Source: an uncultured Alphaproteobacteria bacterium (lineage in GTDB: Bacteria; Pseudomonadota; Alphaproteobacteria; RF32; CAG-239). Taken from it: a DNA stretch of 64,000 bases. The stretch covers positions 9,613 through 73,612 of the forward strand of contig CAKQRZ010000009.1 in the NCBI GenBank assembly GCA_934271715.1, in the 5' to 3' direction. This document shows, in pieces, positions 35,885 through 46,676 of the stretch. The notes under the pieces were generated by a model, which was given only the letters and a program-made list of their open reading frames with translations, did not search any database and was not told the DNA's origin. The translations under genes and the position numbers were made by a program. Positions within the stretch are counted from its first letter, which is position 1. Every line of letters begins with the position of its first letter.

Positions 35885-37693
35885 ATGGTTGCAGAAGCTC
35901 CTATATATACAATACGCGGCGCCAAGCTGAGTTTTGGCTTAAATCCGCTTTTTACAGATGTTGACTTATATATAAACCGCGGCGATAAAATTTGTCTGGT
36001 GGGACGCAACGGCTGTGGAAAATCTACATTGCTGAAAGTTATTGCCCGCGAGATTGAGCCGGACGACGCCGAATTTTTTATTCAGCCCGGAGTTCGCATC
36101 GGCTATATGCCGCAGGAGCCGGATTTTACGGGTTTTAAAACTCTGCGAGAAGTGGTTGAGGCCGGCTTGCCTAAAGAAGAAAAAAATCAGACTTACCGCG
36201 CCGACCGCCTGATAGAATATTTTGCCATAAATGAAAATCAAAATCCGGAGCAGTCTTCCGGCGGCGAGCGGCGCAAAGCGGCTCTGGCCCGCTCTTTAAT
36301 CGGCGAACCGGATATTTTGCTGCTGGATGAGCCGACTAACCATTTAGATATTACCACCATAGAAAAACTGGAAGATTTAATTAAAAAATTCAGCGGCGCG
36401 GTTATTGTCATCAGCCACGACCGCATGTTTTTAGACCATATCTCGCAAACCACATTTTGGCTGGACAGGGGTGTTCTGCGCCGCAATAATAAAGGCTTTT
36501 CCGCTTTTGAGGATTGGGAAGACCAAGTTATAGAGCAGGAAATTATAGAGCAGAAAGCCTTAAATAAGAAAATTGCCGAAGAAACCGAATGGCTGCATAA
36601 AGGCGTGACAGCGCGCCGCCGCCGCAATATGGGACGCCTGCGCCGTTTGCAGCAGCTGCGTCAAGAGCGCCGCGAGCAAATTAAAATGACCGGTTCCGTA
36701 AATCTGGAAGCCGAAACGGCTGAACTGCGCTCTAAAATGGTTATTGAAGCCAAACATATCAGCAAATCTTTCGGCGGCAGAGAAATTGTCAAAGATTTTT
36801 CTATCCGCGTGATTAAAGGTAATAAACTGGGTATCGTCGGTCCGAACGGTTCCGGCAAAACTACGCTGATAAAACTGCTGACCAAGCGTCTGGAGCCGGA
36901 TTCCGGTTTTGTGCGTATCGGTAAAAATCTGGAAGAGGCTTATTTTGACCAAAACCGCATCACTCTTGACCCTAAAAAAACTTTGTGGAAAACCTTGTGC
37001 AACGAGGGCGACCATATCTGGGTAAGGGGACATTTCCGGCATGTGGTGGCTTATTTGAAAGACTTTTTATTTAAGCCCGATCAAGCGCAATGTCCGGTTT
37101 CCACTCTTTCCGGCGGCGAAAAAAATCGCTTAATGCTGGCTTTGGCTCTGGCTAAGCAGTCTAATTTTTTGGTTTTGGACGAGCCGACCAATGACTTGGA
37201 TATGGATACGCTAGACTTGCTGCAAGAAGTTTTGGATGATTATGAAGGCACAATTTTAATCGTCAGCCACGACCGCGACTTTATGGATAAAGTGGCGACA
37301 TCTTTGATTTATATGCGCGGCGACGGTACGGTTTATGAGCATGTCGGCTCGTATTCCGAGCTGCTGGAAAAGCTTAAAGGCATTCCGCTTAAGACGGATA
37401 CCCGCAAGCAAGCCGGTAAAGAAGAGCCTAAAGTCCGCGAAAAAAACAAAACGCAGAAACTCAGCTATAAAGAACAGTATATGCTGGAAAACCTGCCGAA
37501 AGAAATTGAAAAGCTGGGCGAAGAAAATAAAGCCATAGAGGTGGCTTTGGGCAATGCCAATCTTTATACCGACGACCCGCAGAAGTTTGATGAACTGACC
37601 TCTAAGCTGGCCGCTAATAAAGAAAAGCTGGAAGAAATGGAAAATCAATGGCTGGAAGTTCAGCTGAAAGCCGAAGAACTTGAAAATTCCTGA
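35885..37693 (+). CDS. uup: ABC-F family ATPase (Uup-like)
   Basis: Two ABC cassettes (GRNGCGKST / GPNGSGKTT, LSGGE signatures), an arginine-rich linker and a C-terminal coiled coil. Confidence 0.8.
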   Translation: MVAEAPIYTIRGAKLSFGLNPLFTDVDLYINRGDKICLVGRNGCGKSTLLKVIAREIEPDDAEFFIQPGVRIGYMPQEPDFTGFKTLREVVEAGLPKEEKNQTYRADRLIEYFAINENQNPEQSSGGERRKAALARSLIGEPDILLLDEPTNHLDITTIEKLEDLIKKFSGAVIVISHDRMFLDHISQTTFWLDRGVLRRNNKGFSAFEDWEDQVIEQEIIEQKALNKKIAEETEWLHKGVTARRRRNMGRLRRLQQLRQERREQIKMTGSVNLEAETAELRSKMVIEAKHISKSFGGREIVKDFSIRVIKGNKLGIVGPNGSGKTTLIKLLTKRLEPDSGFVRIGKNLEEAYFDQNRITLDPKKTLWKTLCNEGDHIWVRGHFRHVVAYLKDFLFKPDQAQCPVSTLSGGEKNRLMLALALAKQSNFLVLDEPTNDLDMDTLDLLQEVLDDYEGTILIVSHDRDFMDKVATSLIYMRGDGTVYEHVGSYSELLEKLKGIPLKTDTRKQAGKEEPKVREKNKTQKLSYKEQYMLENLPKEIEKLGEENKAIEVALGNANLYTDDPQKFDELTSKLAANKEKLEEMENQWLEVQLKAEELENS

Positions 37694-37729
37694 CTTGAAA
37701 AAGCGCGGCGGCTGATTACATAACTTTTT

Positions 37730-38635
37730 ATGTTATGGATTATCAACGGGTTAATATATGGATTTTTTACGGCTGTTTATACCTTGTTTAATCAGCACTA
37801 CAAGGTTGACGGCTATGTTTTGGGAATATGGCGCGGGTTTGGCATATCGGTGCTGTTTATGCCGTTTTTGCTGTTTTTTCCGGTGCCGACCAGCGCTTAT
37901 TATTGGGGACTGCTGATTTTTCAGGGCTGGCTTATCGGAATTTATGACTCGCATTTGTTTTTTGCTTCGGCCAAATACGGCGCCGGACCGACTTCGCGTT
38001 TTATGGCAATAACGGTGCTGGTTACCACGTTTTTATGGTGGCTGCTTACGCCGAAAGAATTTTTTGCGCTTATGCAGCAGGGCAATGTTTTTATCACTTT
38101 GTTGTTGGTGCTGTTCGGTTTTACGTTTTGCTATTGGCAGATGATTCGCACCAAAGTGTCGCGGCAGACCGCCCGCTATATTATGCCGGCGGTGTTTGCT
38201 TTGGCGGGGATGAGCATTATCACTAAATATATTGCTTTAGGCGGTTCTTCGGTTTGGCAGTCTATAGCCTATTATTTATCTGTAGCGACTTTTGTCAGCG
38301 GCTGCTATAACCTTAAATGCTATGTCCAGCACCGTCGCGAATTTACATTCCGGCAAAAAATAGGCGAGGTGTTTTCGCGCCACATGTGGAAAATCGGCGG
38401 CTATCTGGTAGGCTTCAGCGCGGCGCTGATTACAGCCAAAACCATGGCTTTGCGGGCCGCTCCCAACCCCGGGTATGTAACCGCCTTGCTGCTGGTAGCT
38501 CCGCTGTTTATTTTTGCTTTAAACCGGCATTATAAAATACCGAACGGAGTTTCGGAACGCGCCGGATTTGCCATGATGTTTTTTCTGTTGCTGCTGGCGG
38601 TGCTGGTTAACGGCAACTATGGAATCAGTGACTAA
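37730..38635 (+). CDS. Polytopic membrane protein (possible DMT-like transporter)
   Basis: About ten hydrophobic helices; no sharper motif. Confidence 0.35.
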   Translation: MLWIINGLIYGFFTAVYTLFNQHYKVDGYVLGIWRGFGISVLFMPFLLFFPVPTSAYYWGLLIFQGWLIGIYDSHLFFASAKYGAGPTSRFMAITVLVTTFLWWLLTPKEFFALMQQGNVFITLLLVLFGFTFCYWQMIRTKVSRQTARYIMPAVFALAGMSIITKYIALGGSSVWQSIAYYLSVATFVSGCYNLKCYVQHRREFTFRQKIGEVFSRHMWKIGGYLVGFSAALITAKTMALRAAPNPGYVTALLLVAPLFIFALNRHYKIPNGVSERAGFAMMFFLLLLAVLVNGNYGISD

Positions 38636-39726
38636 AGGCAAAGCTCGGAAATCAGCGTGTTTAAAACTAAAAAGCCTTGCGGCGCAGCAGTTAAACTCTG
38701 AGGCGTTTCCGTCAGCATGTTTAACTCTTTCAGATTTTTAAGGGCGGCGGAATTGATAAATTTTTCCAGCGGTTCGCCGATAATGTTTTGAAATGTTGCT
38801 TTATCCAATCCGCGGACAAGGCGCAGGCCGGTTATAATCAGCTCTTCGGCCCGTTCTGCGGCGGAAAGCTTTTCATTGCAGAACGGATAGTCTGCAGCAA
38901 AAAAATCGCCGTTTAGAGTTAAGCGTCCCTGCGCCGACTTGCCGATGCCGATATAATCTCCGCCCTGCCAGTAGGTCAGGTTATGCCGGCTTTCATAACC
39001 GGCTTGAGCAAAGTTTGAAACTTCATATAAATTATAGCCGTGTTCGGCGGCATACTCTCGGGTAAAAGAATATAAATCCGCCGCTTTTTCTTCATCTAAC
39101 GGCTTAACTTTTTTATTGTAAAATACTGTATTTTCTTCAATAGTTAGCTGGTACAGCGAAAGGTGCTTCAGTCCGTAAGAGCAGATTTCCTGCAGTTCTT
39201 TCTGCCAATTCTGCAAGCTTTGCTGCGGACGGGCATAGATTAAATCTGCCGAATGATTATCAAAAATCCGCACAATTTCCTGCAGGCTCCTGCGGGCTTC
39301 GGCTAAGGTGTGCGTACGTCCTAAAAAGTGTAAATCAGCTTCATTTAAGGCTTGCACTCCCAAAGACAGCCTGTTTATTCCGGCAGCTCTTAAATCTTGA
39401 AACATGTGAGGATGATTGCTGTTGGGATTAGCTTCAAGCGAAACCTCAATATTATCGGCTATGGTCCAGTTTTTACAGATAAAATTTATTATTTTAGCAA
39501 TATTTTCTGCGCTGATTAAGCTGGGTGTGCCGCCGCCGAAAAATATAGATTTAATCCGGCGTTCCGGCAGCAAATCATGATATTTTTTTAATGCTTCCAA
39601 ATATTCTGAAATCAGCTTTTCTTCATCGCAGCCGCGGGCTAATTCCTTATAAAAATCACAGTAGGGGCATTTGCTTTTGCAAAACGGCCAATGAATGTAT
39701 ATGGCTAAATCTTGAGGCTGGTACAT
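38632..39726 (-). CDS. hemW: Radical SAM heme chaperone HemW (HemN-like)
   Basis: HWPFCKSKCPYCDF radical-SAM CxxxCxxC motif. Confidence 0.8.
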   Translation of the reverse strand: MYQPQDLAIYIHWPFCKSKCPYCDFYKELARGCDEEKLISEYLEALKKYHDLLPERRIKSIFFGGGTPSLISAENIAKIINFICKNWTIADNIEVSLEANPNSNHPHMFQDLRAAGINRLSLGVQALNEADLHFLGRTHTLAEARRSLQEIVRIFDNHSADLIYARPQQSLQNWQKELQEICSYGLKHLSLYQLTIEENTVFYNKKVKPLDEEKAADLYSFTREYAAEHGYNLYEVSNFAQAGYESRHNLTYWQGGDYIGIGKSAQGRLTLNGDFFAADYPFCNEKLSAAERAEELIITGLRLVRGLDKATFQNIIGEPLEKFINSAALKNLKELNMLTETPQSLTAAPQGFLVLNTLISELCL

Positions 39727-40095
39727 CTAAAAAAACAGCGGATATAAAAACGCTCCCCACAAAATCAGCGCATTGACAAAAGCCAGCAGAACCAGCAGGC
39801 TGCCGATGTCCTTGGCTTTTTTTGAAAGCTCGTGATAATCCGGAGAAATGCGGTCTATCACCACTTCAACCGCGGTGTTTACCAGCTCCATAATCACAAT
39901 AAACAGCAGGCTGGAAATCAATATCGCCTTTTGCCACAGCACCAAGTTCAGGCACAGGGCAGCGGCCGAAAATATCACAAATACCGCTAAATCTTGGCGC
40001 AGCGCCGCTTCGCTTTTAAAAGCGGAGGTAAAGCCGTCGCGGGAGTATATAAAGGCTTTCAATATTCTTTTAATTCCGGTGTCTGTCGCTTTCAT
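39727..40095 (-). CDS. dgkA: Diacylglycerol kinase
   Basis: 122-aa three-TM protein with the DgkA N-terminal amphipathic helix and conserved E/N/D residues. Confidence 0.7.
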   Translation of the reverse strand: MKATDTGIKRILKAFIYSRDGFTSAFKSEAALRQDLAVFVIFSAAALCLNLVLWQKAILISSLLFIVIMELVNTAVEVVIDRISPDYHELSKKAKDIGSLLVLLAFVNALILWGAFLYPLFF

Positions 40096-40231
40096 TTTCT
40101 GCTCCTTTTGCGTTTATCATAAATATTTTTGGCGCGCCGTCAATATTTATTGTTGCATATAAGCTAAAATATCTTGAAAAGACCAAAAAAGTTGCTAACA
40201 TTAAAAGGTGTTGAAATTAAAGGAGAAACAA

Positions 40232-40711
40232 ATGTCCAGATTTGATAACAGCCCTAATTACGGTTTTATCTTTTTTATTGCCCTGATTTCTGCGGTAATT
40301 GCCTCGGCGGCTACCAGAATGATGTCGGGCGGCGATGAGCCTAAGTTTGCCGTGATTGACGTGCAGCGTGTTGTAATGGCTTCTAAAGATGTTGCTGCCG
40401 TAAAAAGCGAGCGTGAAAGCCAAATTCAAGAATTGCAGAAAATGGCTAATGACGCCAATGCAAAATTAGCTAAAATCAGCGATGAAGCGGCTAAAAAGAA
40501 AGCTTCTGAAAAATATATTGCTGAAATTAACGCCAAAAAAGAAGGTTTTGATAAGGTTTACGCTTCAGCCTTGCAGGCTTCAGACCAAAAATTGAATGAT
40601 ATTATTAAATCGGTTGCCGATAAAGAAGATTTAACCGTGATTGTAAATAAAGCCTATGTTGTTAACGGCGGCGTAGATATTACTGATTCTGTGATTGATA
40701 TGGTTAAATAA
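40232..40711 (+). CDS. OmpH/Skp-family periplasmic chaperone
   Basis: Signal-anchor, then a long coiled-coil Lys/Glu/Ala-rich region typical of Skp/OmpH. Confidence 0.6.
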   Translation: MSRFDNSPNYGFIFFIALISAVIASAATRMMSGGDEPKFAVIDVQRVVMASKDVAAVKSERESQIQELQKMANDANAKLAKISDEAAKKKASEKYIAEINAKKEGFDKVYASALQASDQKLNDIIKSVADKEDLTVIVNKAYVVNGGVDITDSVIDMVK

Positions 40712-40774
40712 TTTTCAGGTTGCTGAAAAAATAAAAACTCTTGTATTTTTTATAAATACGAGAGTTTTTTGTTG

Positions 40775-41137
40775 TTATGAAAGCTTATAGAAAAAGAAAG
40801 CCGCACCGAACAAAGCAGCAATGGCCATAGCTATCGCCAGCAAGTTTAAAACGCATTTGCCGGCAGGGTGTAAATTTCTTTTCCAGTTGCGGACAGCTTT
40901 GTATTCATCTTCAAAAGATAAAAATCCGCATAAAACCAGAATTAAAAGCAAAAAGAGATAAAACTCATCTTTGCTGAGTACAAAAAGAAAAGCCGCTGCA
41001 GCTAAAATTGCAATAACTAACAGTATTTTCAAAATATTAGCTAATGCTCTGTTCAGCGAAATAAAGAAACTTTTACCCATAATATCTGAAAAATTATAAA
41101 CAGCATAATTAAATTTATAACCAGTCTTATAACTCAT
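40775..41137 (-). CDS. Small membrane protein (AT-rich)
   Basis: Two or three TM helices; co-oriented with and adjacent to the MBL hydrolase gene. Confidence 0.35.
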   Translation of the reverse strand: MSYKTGYKFNYAVYNFSDIMGKSFFISLNRALANILKILLVIAILAAAAFLFVLSKDEFYLFLLLILVLCGFLSFEDEYKAVRNWKRNLHPAGKCVLNLLAIAMAIAALFGAAFFFYKLS

Positions 41138-41180
41138 TCTGTCAATTTGTCAATATAAATCGCAAAATTTATACAGATAT

Positions 41181-42329
41181 TTAGTATTTTATGTTTTCCA
41201 AAACTTCTATTTGAGATGCAGGGTTATCAGAAACCTTAATACTAGAGTAGGGTAATAATAACTTAATATCTTTAACAGAAGGTTTAACATATTGTTTAGA
41301 GTTTGATATTTTATCTTGTGATGTATAAAAAAATCTACATGCCGGATTAAATAATAAAGAAAATGCGCTATCATGATTATTTTTTGAACCATGATGAGGT
41401 ATTTGTACATAATTTACGTTATACAGCAAAGCGTCAAATTTTTTAATAAATTCACATAACCGATTTTTGTCTTTTAAATTGGCATCTCCTGTATGCAGCC
41501 AGTTATTGTGATTCTTTTTTTCTATAAGATGATGTGTATACTGACTGCCGCAATATAAACAAAGCATAATATTATTAGTAATTTTTTGTGTGTGAAATGT
41601 TTCTTTGAATGCTTCTTTTGCTTTTGTTATGAATTCATCATTTTTCCAAGACTCATACTTGATGCCTTCCTTTATAGATATGTTTTTTCCATTCAGTTTT
41701 TTGTCTTTTAATCTTTTTTTAAATTCTTCAACTAGTATTTTAGCTTCTTCGGATAATTTTGTTGTATATGCAAAAAGGATAGTTTCTGTATTTTTAATAT
41801 CTTCCGGTAAGTAAGTTTCTGTATATTTGATATGTTTAGGAAAATAGAAATCTCTATTATATTTTATATTGATATTGTCGTAATTTTCTAGTCCCTTAAT
41901 TTTTTGTGTAAGAACAAAGCTTACATAATCTTTATCAGTTTTTTTATCGTTCTCTTTATTGGAATAATATTCACAAAGCAGAATTATTTTTAGAATGTCT
42001 GTAAGAGGCGGCATGTAAATAGTTATGTTATGAGGATAAGCGTTTTTAGTTAAAGAGTAACATAGACTTTTTAGTTGATTGCAATGATCATCATGCAAAT
42101 GCGAAATAAAAATATCCAGTTTTTGGCAACCACGAAGTTCTTCTAGTATATGTTGGAAAATTCCATTCCAATCAACATTATCTCCATATCCGCCGCAGTC
42201 ATAGATATAAGCATAATCTCCGATTATCCCTAAATGTAATCCACCTTGACCGACAGGATATTGTATATGCTGAATTTTATACATATCACACCAACAACTA
42301 TATTTAATTAAAACTTCTACAATATCCAC
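41181..42329 (-). CDS. MBL-fold metallo-hydrolase (AT-rich, probably acquired)
   Basis: ISHLHDDHCNQL (HxHxDH) zinc motif and a distal PHHGS. GC is far below the window average. Start uncertain: the ORF track uses GTG; the first ATG is at 42284. Confidence 0.6.
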   Translation of the reverse strand: MDIVEVLIKYSCWCDMYKIQHIQYPVGQGGLHLGIIGDYAYIYDCGGYGDNVDWNGIFQHILEELRGCQKLDIFISHLHDDHCNQLKSLCYSLTKNAYPHNITIYMPPLTDILKIILLCEYYSNKENDKKTDKDYVSFVLTQKIKGLENYDNINIKYNRDFYFPKHIKYTETYLPEDIKNTETILFAYTTKLSEEAKILVEEFKKRLKDKKLNGKNISIKEGIKYESWKNDEFITKAKEAFKETFHTQKITNNIMLCLYCGSQYTHHLIEKKNHNNWLHTGDANLKDKNRLCEFIKKFDALLYNVNYVQIPHHGSKNNHDSAFSLLFNPACRFFYTSQDKISNSKQYVKPSVKDIKLLLPYSSIKVSDNPASQIEVLENIKY

Positions 42330-42746
42330 TATTACTACAAAATAACATTTAAATCAATTTATTTTTATAGCTTTATACAGCCTAACTAATTATCAATAAG
42401 CTGCCACACGACGTCAAAAAAACTGTAAAATATGCGGAACCAGCCTCCTCCATAAGTTAATTACTAAGACAATGTGCTGTAATAAGAAAAACATCTTTAC
42501 TTTCCGATTATCTTTAGCTAAAATAGATGTTGGATAGGCGATAGTCTGTCTGGGGTGTCGTAGCCTCTTATTCATGCGTCTATATGACGTTAAATATCTT
42601 CTAGCTTTATAGCTGGAAGGTAGCAAAATATGCCATATTCGCAATGGTTAATATGCTGCACTATAATCATGAATAATAGTTACGAACTTCCAGCTGTCTC
42701 GCCGACAGCTTTTTTGTTACACGAAAAATAATGAAAGGAAGTTACG

Positions 42747-43397
42747 ATGAAACAAAATCAATTAGGCAGAAGTATGATAGAAATGCTCGGCGTACTGGCA
42801 ATAATTGCAGTTTTAAGCGTCGGCGGGATTGCCGGATATTCTAAAGCCATGCTGATGTGGCATTCAAATAAGCAGAAAGACTTACTGGCAACGCTTATCA
42901 ATAATGCTATCACGCTTAAACCCAATTTATCTACTTTGAGGGAAAATCGTTCGCAGACTATTACTGATGTTTTTATTGCGATGGGCGGTGTACCGGAGGG
43001 TTTTACCTATCAAAACAATGTGATATATGATGCCGATAATAATTCAATCAGCATAACTTACGGGATTGAGTATGATAGGCAAAGAGATGATTCTTTGGTA
43101 AAAGTATTTAAATATGCTATCAGAATCAGCGCTATTGAGGGAACAGGCAAGCTTTCCATATCTATGAAAGAGTATTGCAAAAATTTGATTATGGCTGCTC
43201 AGTCAGCGCCGAATGAAGTTCTGTCTGTAGATTTTTCCAGCATAGATTCTGATTCTTGGTCAGGCACCAGCGGAGCTTTGATTTTTAACCGCAGCACCCG
43301 AGGGCAGACCTCTCCGGCGCAGATAAATGAACGCTGCAATATAGCCATTAAAGAAAACGGGCGAGGTTACTTTAGAATTTTGCTGAATCCAAATTAA
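42747..43397 (+). CDS. Type IV pilin-like protein (divergent paralogue 5, no Cys-rich C-terminus)
   Basis: MKQNQLG|RSMIEMLGVLAIIAVLSVGGIAGYSKAM. Preceded by a partial class B leader box (ggataggcgatagtctgtctgggg) and a terminator hairpin cagctgtctcgccgacagcttttttg. Confidence 0.75.
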   Translation: MKQNQLGRSMIEMLGVLAIIAVLSVGGIAGYSKAMLMWHSNKQKDLLATLINNAITLKPNLSTLRENRSQTITDVFIAMGGVPEGFTYQNNVIYDADNNSISITYGIEYDRQRDDSLVKVFKYAIRISAIEGTGKLSISMKEYCKNLIMAAQSAPNEVLSVDFSSIDSDSWSGTSGALIFNRSTRGQTSPAQINERCNIAIKENGRGYFRILLNPN

Positions 43398-43399
43398 GT

Positions 43400-43673
43400 A
43401 AGGATTTTAAAATAAATCATCATGCGAACCGGTGGCTACTAAAATAAGTTTAGTTTCGGTTGTACGATAAATTAAAAGCCAGTCATTTGCTATGTGGCAT
43501 TCGCGGTAGTTTTGCTAATTACCGCTTAAAGCATGGTCTTTGTGTTTGGACGGCAGATTTTCACATTCAGCCAATTTTTCTACAACTTCGTAAAAAAGGT
43601 CTAAGTTATAATGCTTCTTTTTATAATTTTTCAACTGCCTTAAAAAGCAAGTATCATGTACGATATTCAGCAT
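43400..43673 (-). pseudogene. yafQ: YafQ-family type II toxin interrupted by an in-frame amber codon at the conserved Trp
   Basis: MLNIVHDTCFLRQLKNYKKKHYNLDLFYEVVEKLAECENLPSKHKDHALSGN*QNYRECHIANDWLLIYRTTETKLILVATGSHDDLF. The YafQ consensus has SGNWKGYRECH; here TGG has become TAG (plus 43507-43509). Confidence 0.6.
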
Positions 43674-43957
43674 TAGTCTTCCTCATCAACTAATGCTTTC
43701 AGGCTGTTAATATTGGAGTGTTTACAAAAATTCTGTGTGTCTTTACCGGCAATATAATCGTCAGCGCGTTTCATGGCTGTTTGCAGTTCGGTGTTTGGCT
43801 CGTCATAGAGTTTCAGCATAAACGGAATACTGCGTGTGTTTCTGATTTGAGCAAAAAACAAACGAACGGCGTCAGAGGTTGTTAAGCCCAAACGACTAAG
43901 CACATCTTCTACGTCGGCTTTTAAATTTTCATCTATCCGTATATTTAAATTAACCAT
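43673..43957 (-). CDS. dinJ: RelB/DinJ-family antitoxin
   Basis: MVNLNIRIDENLKADVEDVLSRLGLTTSDAVRLFFAQI ribbon-helix-helix; stop overlaps the yafQ ATG (taATG). Confidence 0.75.
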   Translation of the reverse strand: MVNLNIRIDENLKADVEDVLSRLGLTTSDAVRLFFAQIRNTRSIPFMLKLYDEPNTELQTAMKRADDYIAGKDTQNFCKHSNINSLKALVDEED

Positions 43958-44095
43958 TTTTACTCTCCATTTGTAATATATTGTAAAGTGTCTAAAGTAC
44001 AATGTCAATACAAATATAGTATAATGACGGAAATATTAAATATAGCCAAAGGGTAAAAAAGCCTGATGTTTTGAGGCATCAGGCTCTTATAAAAA

Positions 44096-45775
44096 TCAGC
44101 GTTCAAGTTTTTTATAGCGGATGCGGTGCGGGGTGCAGGCGTCTTCGCCGAGGCGGGCTTTTTTATCTTTTTCATAATCTTCAAAATTGCCCTCAAACCA
44201 TTCCACATGCCCGTTGTCTTCATAGGCCAAAATATGGGTGGCTAGTCTGTCTAAAAACCAGCGGTCATGTGAGGTTACCAGCACACATCCCGGATAGTTG
44301 TTGATACCTTCTTCCAGCGAGCGCAGGGTGTCAACATCCAAATCGTTGGTAGGTTCGTCCAGCAGAATCACGTTTGCGCCTTTACGCAGCATTTTTGCCA
44401 GATGCACGCGGTTGCGTTCGCCGCCGGAAAGCTGTCCGACTTTCTTTTGCTGGTCAGAGCCTTTAAAGTTAAATTGTCCGACATAGGCGCGGGAAGATAC
44501 TTCATTTTTGCCCAGCTGAATCATATCCAAGCCGTCGGAAACTTCCTCCCAGACGTTTTTATCCGGATTCAGCTCGTCGCGGGATTGGTCTACATAGCCA
44601 AGGTCAACCGAATCGCCGATGCGAATCTCGCCGGAATCCGGCTTTTCCTGTCCGGTAATCATTTTAAATAAGGTAGTTTTGCCGGCGCCGTTAGGTCCAA
44701 TAATGCCGACAATCGCACCCTTTGGAATTTTGAAAGACAAATCATCAATTAAAACTTTGTCGCCGAAAGCTTTGCTGATGTGGCTGGCTTCTATAACTAA
44801 ATCGCCTAAACGCTCCGTCATCGGAATATTGATATGAGCCGTGCTGATTTTCTCGCGTCCGGCCTGCGACAGCAGCTCATCATAAGCATTGATACGGGCT
44901 TTAGATTTTGCCTGACGGGCTTTAGGATTTTTGTGAATCCATTCCAGCTCCAGCGCCAAAGTACGCTGGCGGGCATTTTCTTCACGAGCCTCCTGAGCCA
45001 GACGCTTTTCTTTTTGCTCCAGCCAAGAAGTGTAGTTGCCCTCATACGGAATGCCTTGGCCACGGTCTAGTTCCAGAATCCAGCCGGTTACATTATCCAA
45101 GAAATAGCGGTCGTGCGTCACCATAACCACGGTTCCGTTATAGTCTTTAAGGTGGTGTTCAAGCCAGGCTACGGATTCGGCGTCTAAATGGTTGGTCGGT
45201 TCATCCAAAAGCAGCAAGTCCGGCTTTTGCAGAAGCAAGCGGCACAAAGCCACGCGGCGCTTTTCTCCGCCGGAAAGCTTGGTTACATCGGCATCGGCCG
45301 GCGGACAGCGCAGGGCGTCCATGGCAATCTGCACGGTGCGCTCAATATCCCAGCCGTTGCAGGCATCTATTTTTTCCTGCAGCTCGGCTTGCTCTTCTAT
45401 GAGTGCATTCATTTCATCATCGGTCATCGGCTCGGCAAATTTAGCCGAAACTTCTTCAAAACGCTGTAAAAGCTGCTGAGTTTCGCCCAAGCCGTCCATA
45501 ACATTCTGCATTACATTTTTGCCGGGATCCAGCTGCGGTTCTTGCTCCAAGTAGCCGATTTTTACGCCGTCGGCAGCCCAAGCTTCGCCGCTGAACTCTT
45601 TATCTATGCCGGCCATGATTTTAAGCAAAGTAGATTTACCGGCGCCGTTAACGCCCAATACACCGATTTTAGCTCCGGGGAAAAATGAGAGCGTGATATT
45701 TTTAAAGAGTTCTCTCCCTCCAGGTAAAACTTTAGTAAGGTTTTGCATAACAAAAATGTATTGGTACGAAGCCAT
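44096..45775 (-). CDS. ettA: Energy-dependent translational throttle protein EttA (ABC-F)
   Basis: 559 aa, two ABC cassettes, N-terminus [46 protein letters not shown] typical of EttA. Confidence 0.85.
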   Translation of the reverse strand: MASYQYIFVMQNLTKVLPGGRELFKNITLSFFPGAKIGVLGVNGAGKSTLLKIMAGIDKEFSGEAWAADGVKIGYLEQEPQLDPGKNVMQNVMDGLGETQQLLQRFEEVSAKFAEPMTDDEMNALIEEQAELQEKIDACNGWDIERTVQIAMDALRCPPADADVTKLSGGEKRRVALCRLLLQKPDLLLLDEPTNHLDAESVAWLEHHLKDYNGTVVMVTHDRYFLDNVTGWILELDRGQGIPYEGNYTSWLEQKEKRLAQEAREENARQRTLALELEWIHKNPKARQAKSKARINAYDELLSQAGREKISTAHINIPMTERLGDLVIEASHISKAFGDKVLIDDLSFKIPKGAIVGIIGPNGAGKTTLFKMITGQEKPDSGEIRIGDSVDLGYVDQSRDELNPDKNVWEEVSDGLDMIQLGKNEVSSRAYVGQFNFKGSDQQKKVGQLSGGERNRVHLAKMLRKGANVILLDEPTNDLDVDTLRSLEEGINNYPGCVLVTSHDRWFLDRLATHILAYEDNGHVEWFEGNFEDYEKDKKARLGEDACTPHRIRYKKLER

Positions 45776-45788
45776 TATATTCTCCTGT

Positions 45789-46343
45789 TTAGTTAAATTG
45801 GTTAGCGTAGCGGCTGTAGTTAGAATCTTTTAATTCCAGCTTTGGCGCATTTTGCCTGTTTTTTTCAGCATTTGCAAGTGCTTTTTTATAGGTTGCCAAA
45901 GCTTTATCATAAACCTGCGGGTCATTTTTGTATAAGCTGGAAGCGTCATAAAGCTTGCGCGGGGTTAGCATGGTGCCGTCATAAAGCTTGATTTTGCCGT
46001 CGGCATACAGCGTGGTCTGAAAGATTTTTTGGCGGTTAAAGTTATATACTATCTGATCGCAGTCGGCATAATCTGTTTCATAAACATTGGACATGGAGCT
46101 GATTTTAGCTTCATTATAAGTCTGCATAGCTTGCTGCTGAAGCGCATCGCTGGGCGATTTTGTTACCAGCAAAGCCCGCGCCAAAAGCTCGTATTTTTGA
46201 TATTTGCGGGCGCGGCAAGCCAGACCTTGGCCGGCAATATAGCCCAGCTGCTGCATCTCTTCTAAATATGTAAGATCTTTGGCGGCAGAATTTTGAACAA
46301 CCAAGCCATAAAATAAAATACTCAGCAAAATCAACTTTTTCAT
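45789..46343 (-). CDS. Hypothetical secreted protein
   Basis: Signal peptide [21 protein letters not shown]. Confidence 0.45.
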   Translation of the reverse strand: MKKLILLSILFYGLVVQNSAAKDLTYLEEMQQLGYIAGQGLACRARKYQKYELLARALLVTKSPSDALQQQAMQTYNEAKISSMSNVYETDYADCDQIVYNFNRQKIFQTTLYADGKIKLYDGTMLTPRKLYDASSLYKNDPQVYDKALATYKKALANAEKNRQNAPKLELKDSNYSRYANQFN

Positions 46344-46500
46344 TGTTTTTTATCCTCTTTATAATAAGCATATATATAATGATATAGGCCTAAAAAATAA
46401 AATATATCTTAATTTTGTGGAAATATATAAAAAGAATGCTTGACATTTGCAGATAAATAGCTTATTTTGCGCTCAAAATGTTTTGTAAAGGATAAGAAAA

Positions 46501-46626
46501 ATGAAATGTTTCAGTTCGTTAAAATCTAAAAAAGAACGCGATAAGGACTGCAAAGTTGTTCGCCGTAAAGGACGCGTTTATGTGATTAACAAAAAGAACC
46601 CGAAGCTGAAAGCTCGTCAGGGTTAA
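46501..46626 (+). CDS. rpmJ: 50S ribosomal protein L36 paralogue, type B (YkgO-like)
   Basis: [41 protein letters not shown] aligns with E. coli YkgO ([41 protein letters not shown]). Not in the ORF track; TTGACA promoter upstream. Confidence 0.7.
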   Translation: MKCFSSLKSKKERDKDCKVVRRKGRVYVINKKNPKLKARQG

Positions 46627-46639
46627 TATAAAAAGCACA

Positions 46640-46676
46640 ATTCAAAAAAGGTTCTCAAGCGAGAGCCTTTTTTATT
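46640..46676 (+). terminator. Rho-independent terminator after rpmJ
   Basis: aaggttctcaagcgagagcctttttt: stem plus U-run. Confidence 0.55.

Noticed and set aside
44005-44223. 72-aa ORF overlapping the ettA 3' end
   Set aside because: Overlaps EttA coding sequence in another frame. No RBS or motif.
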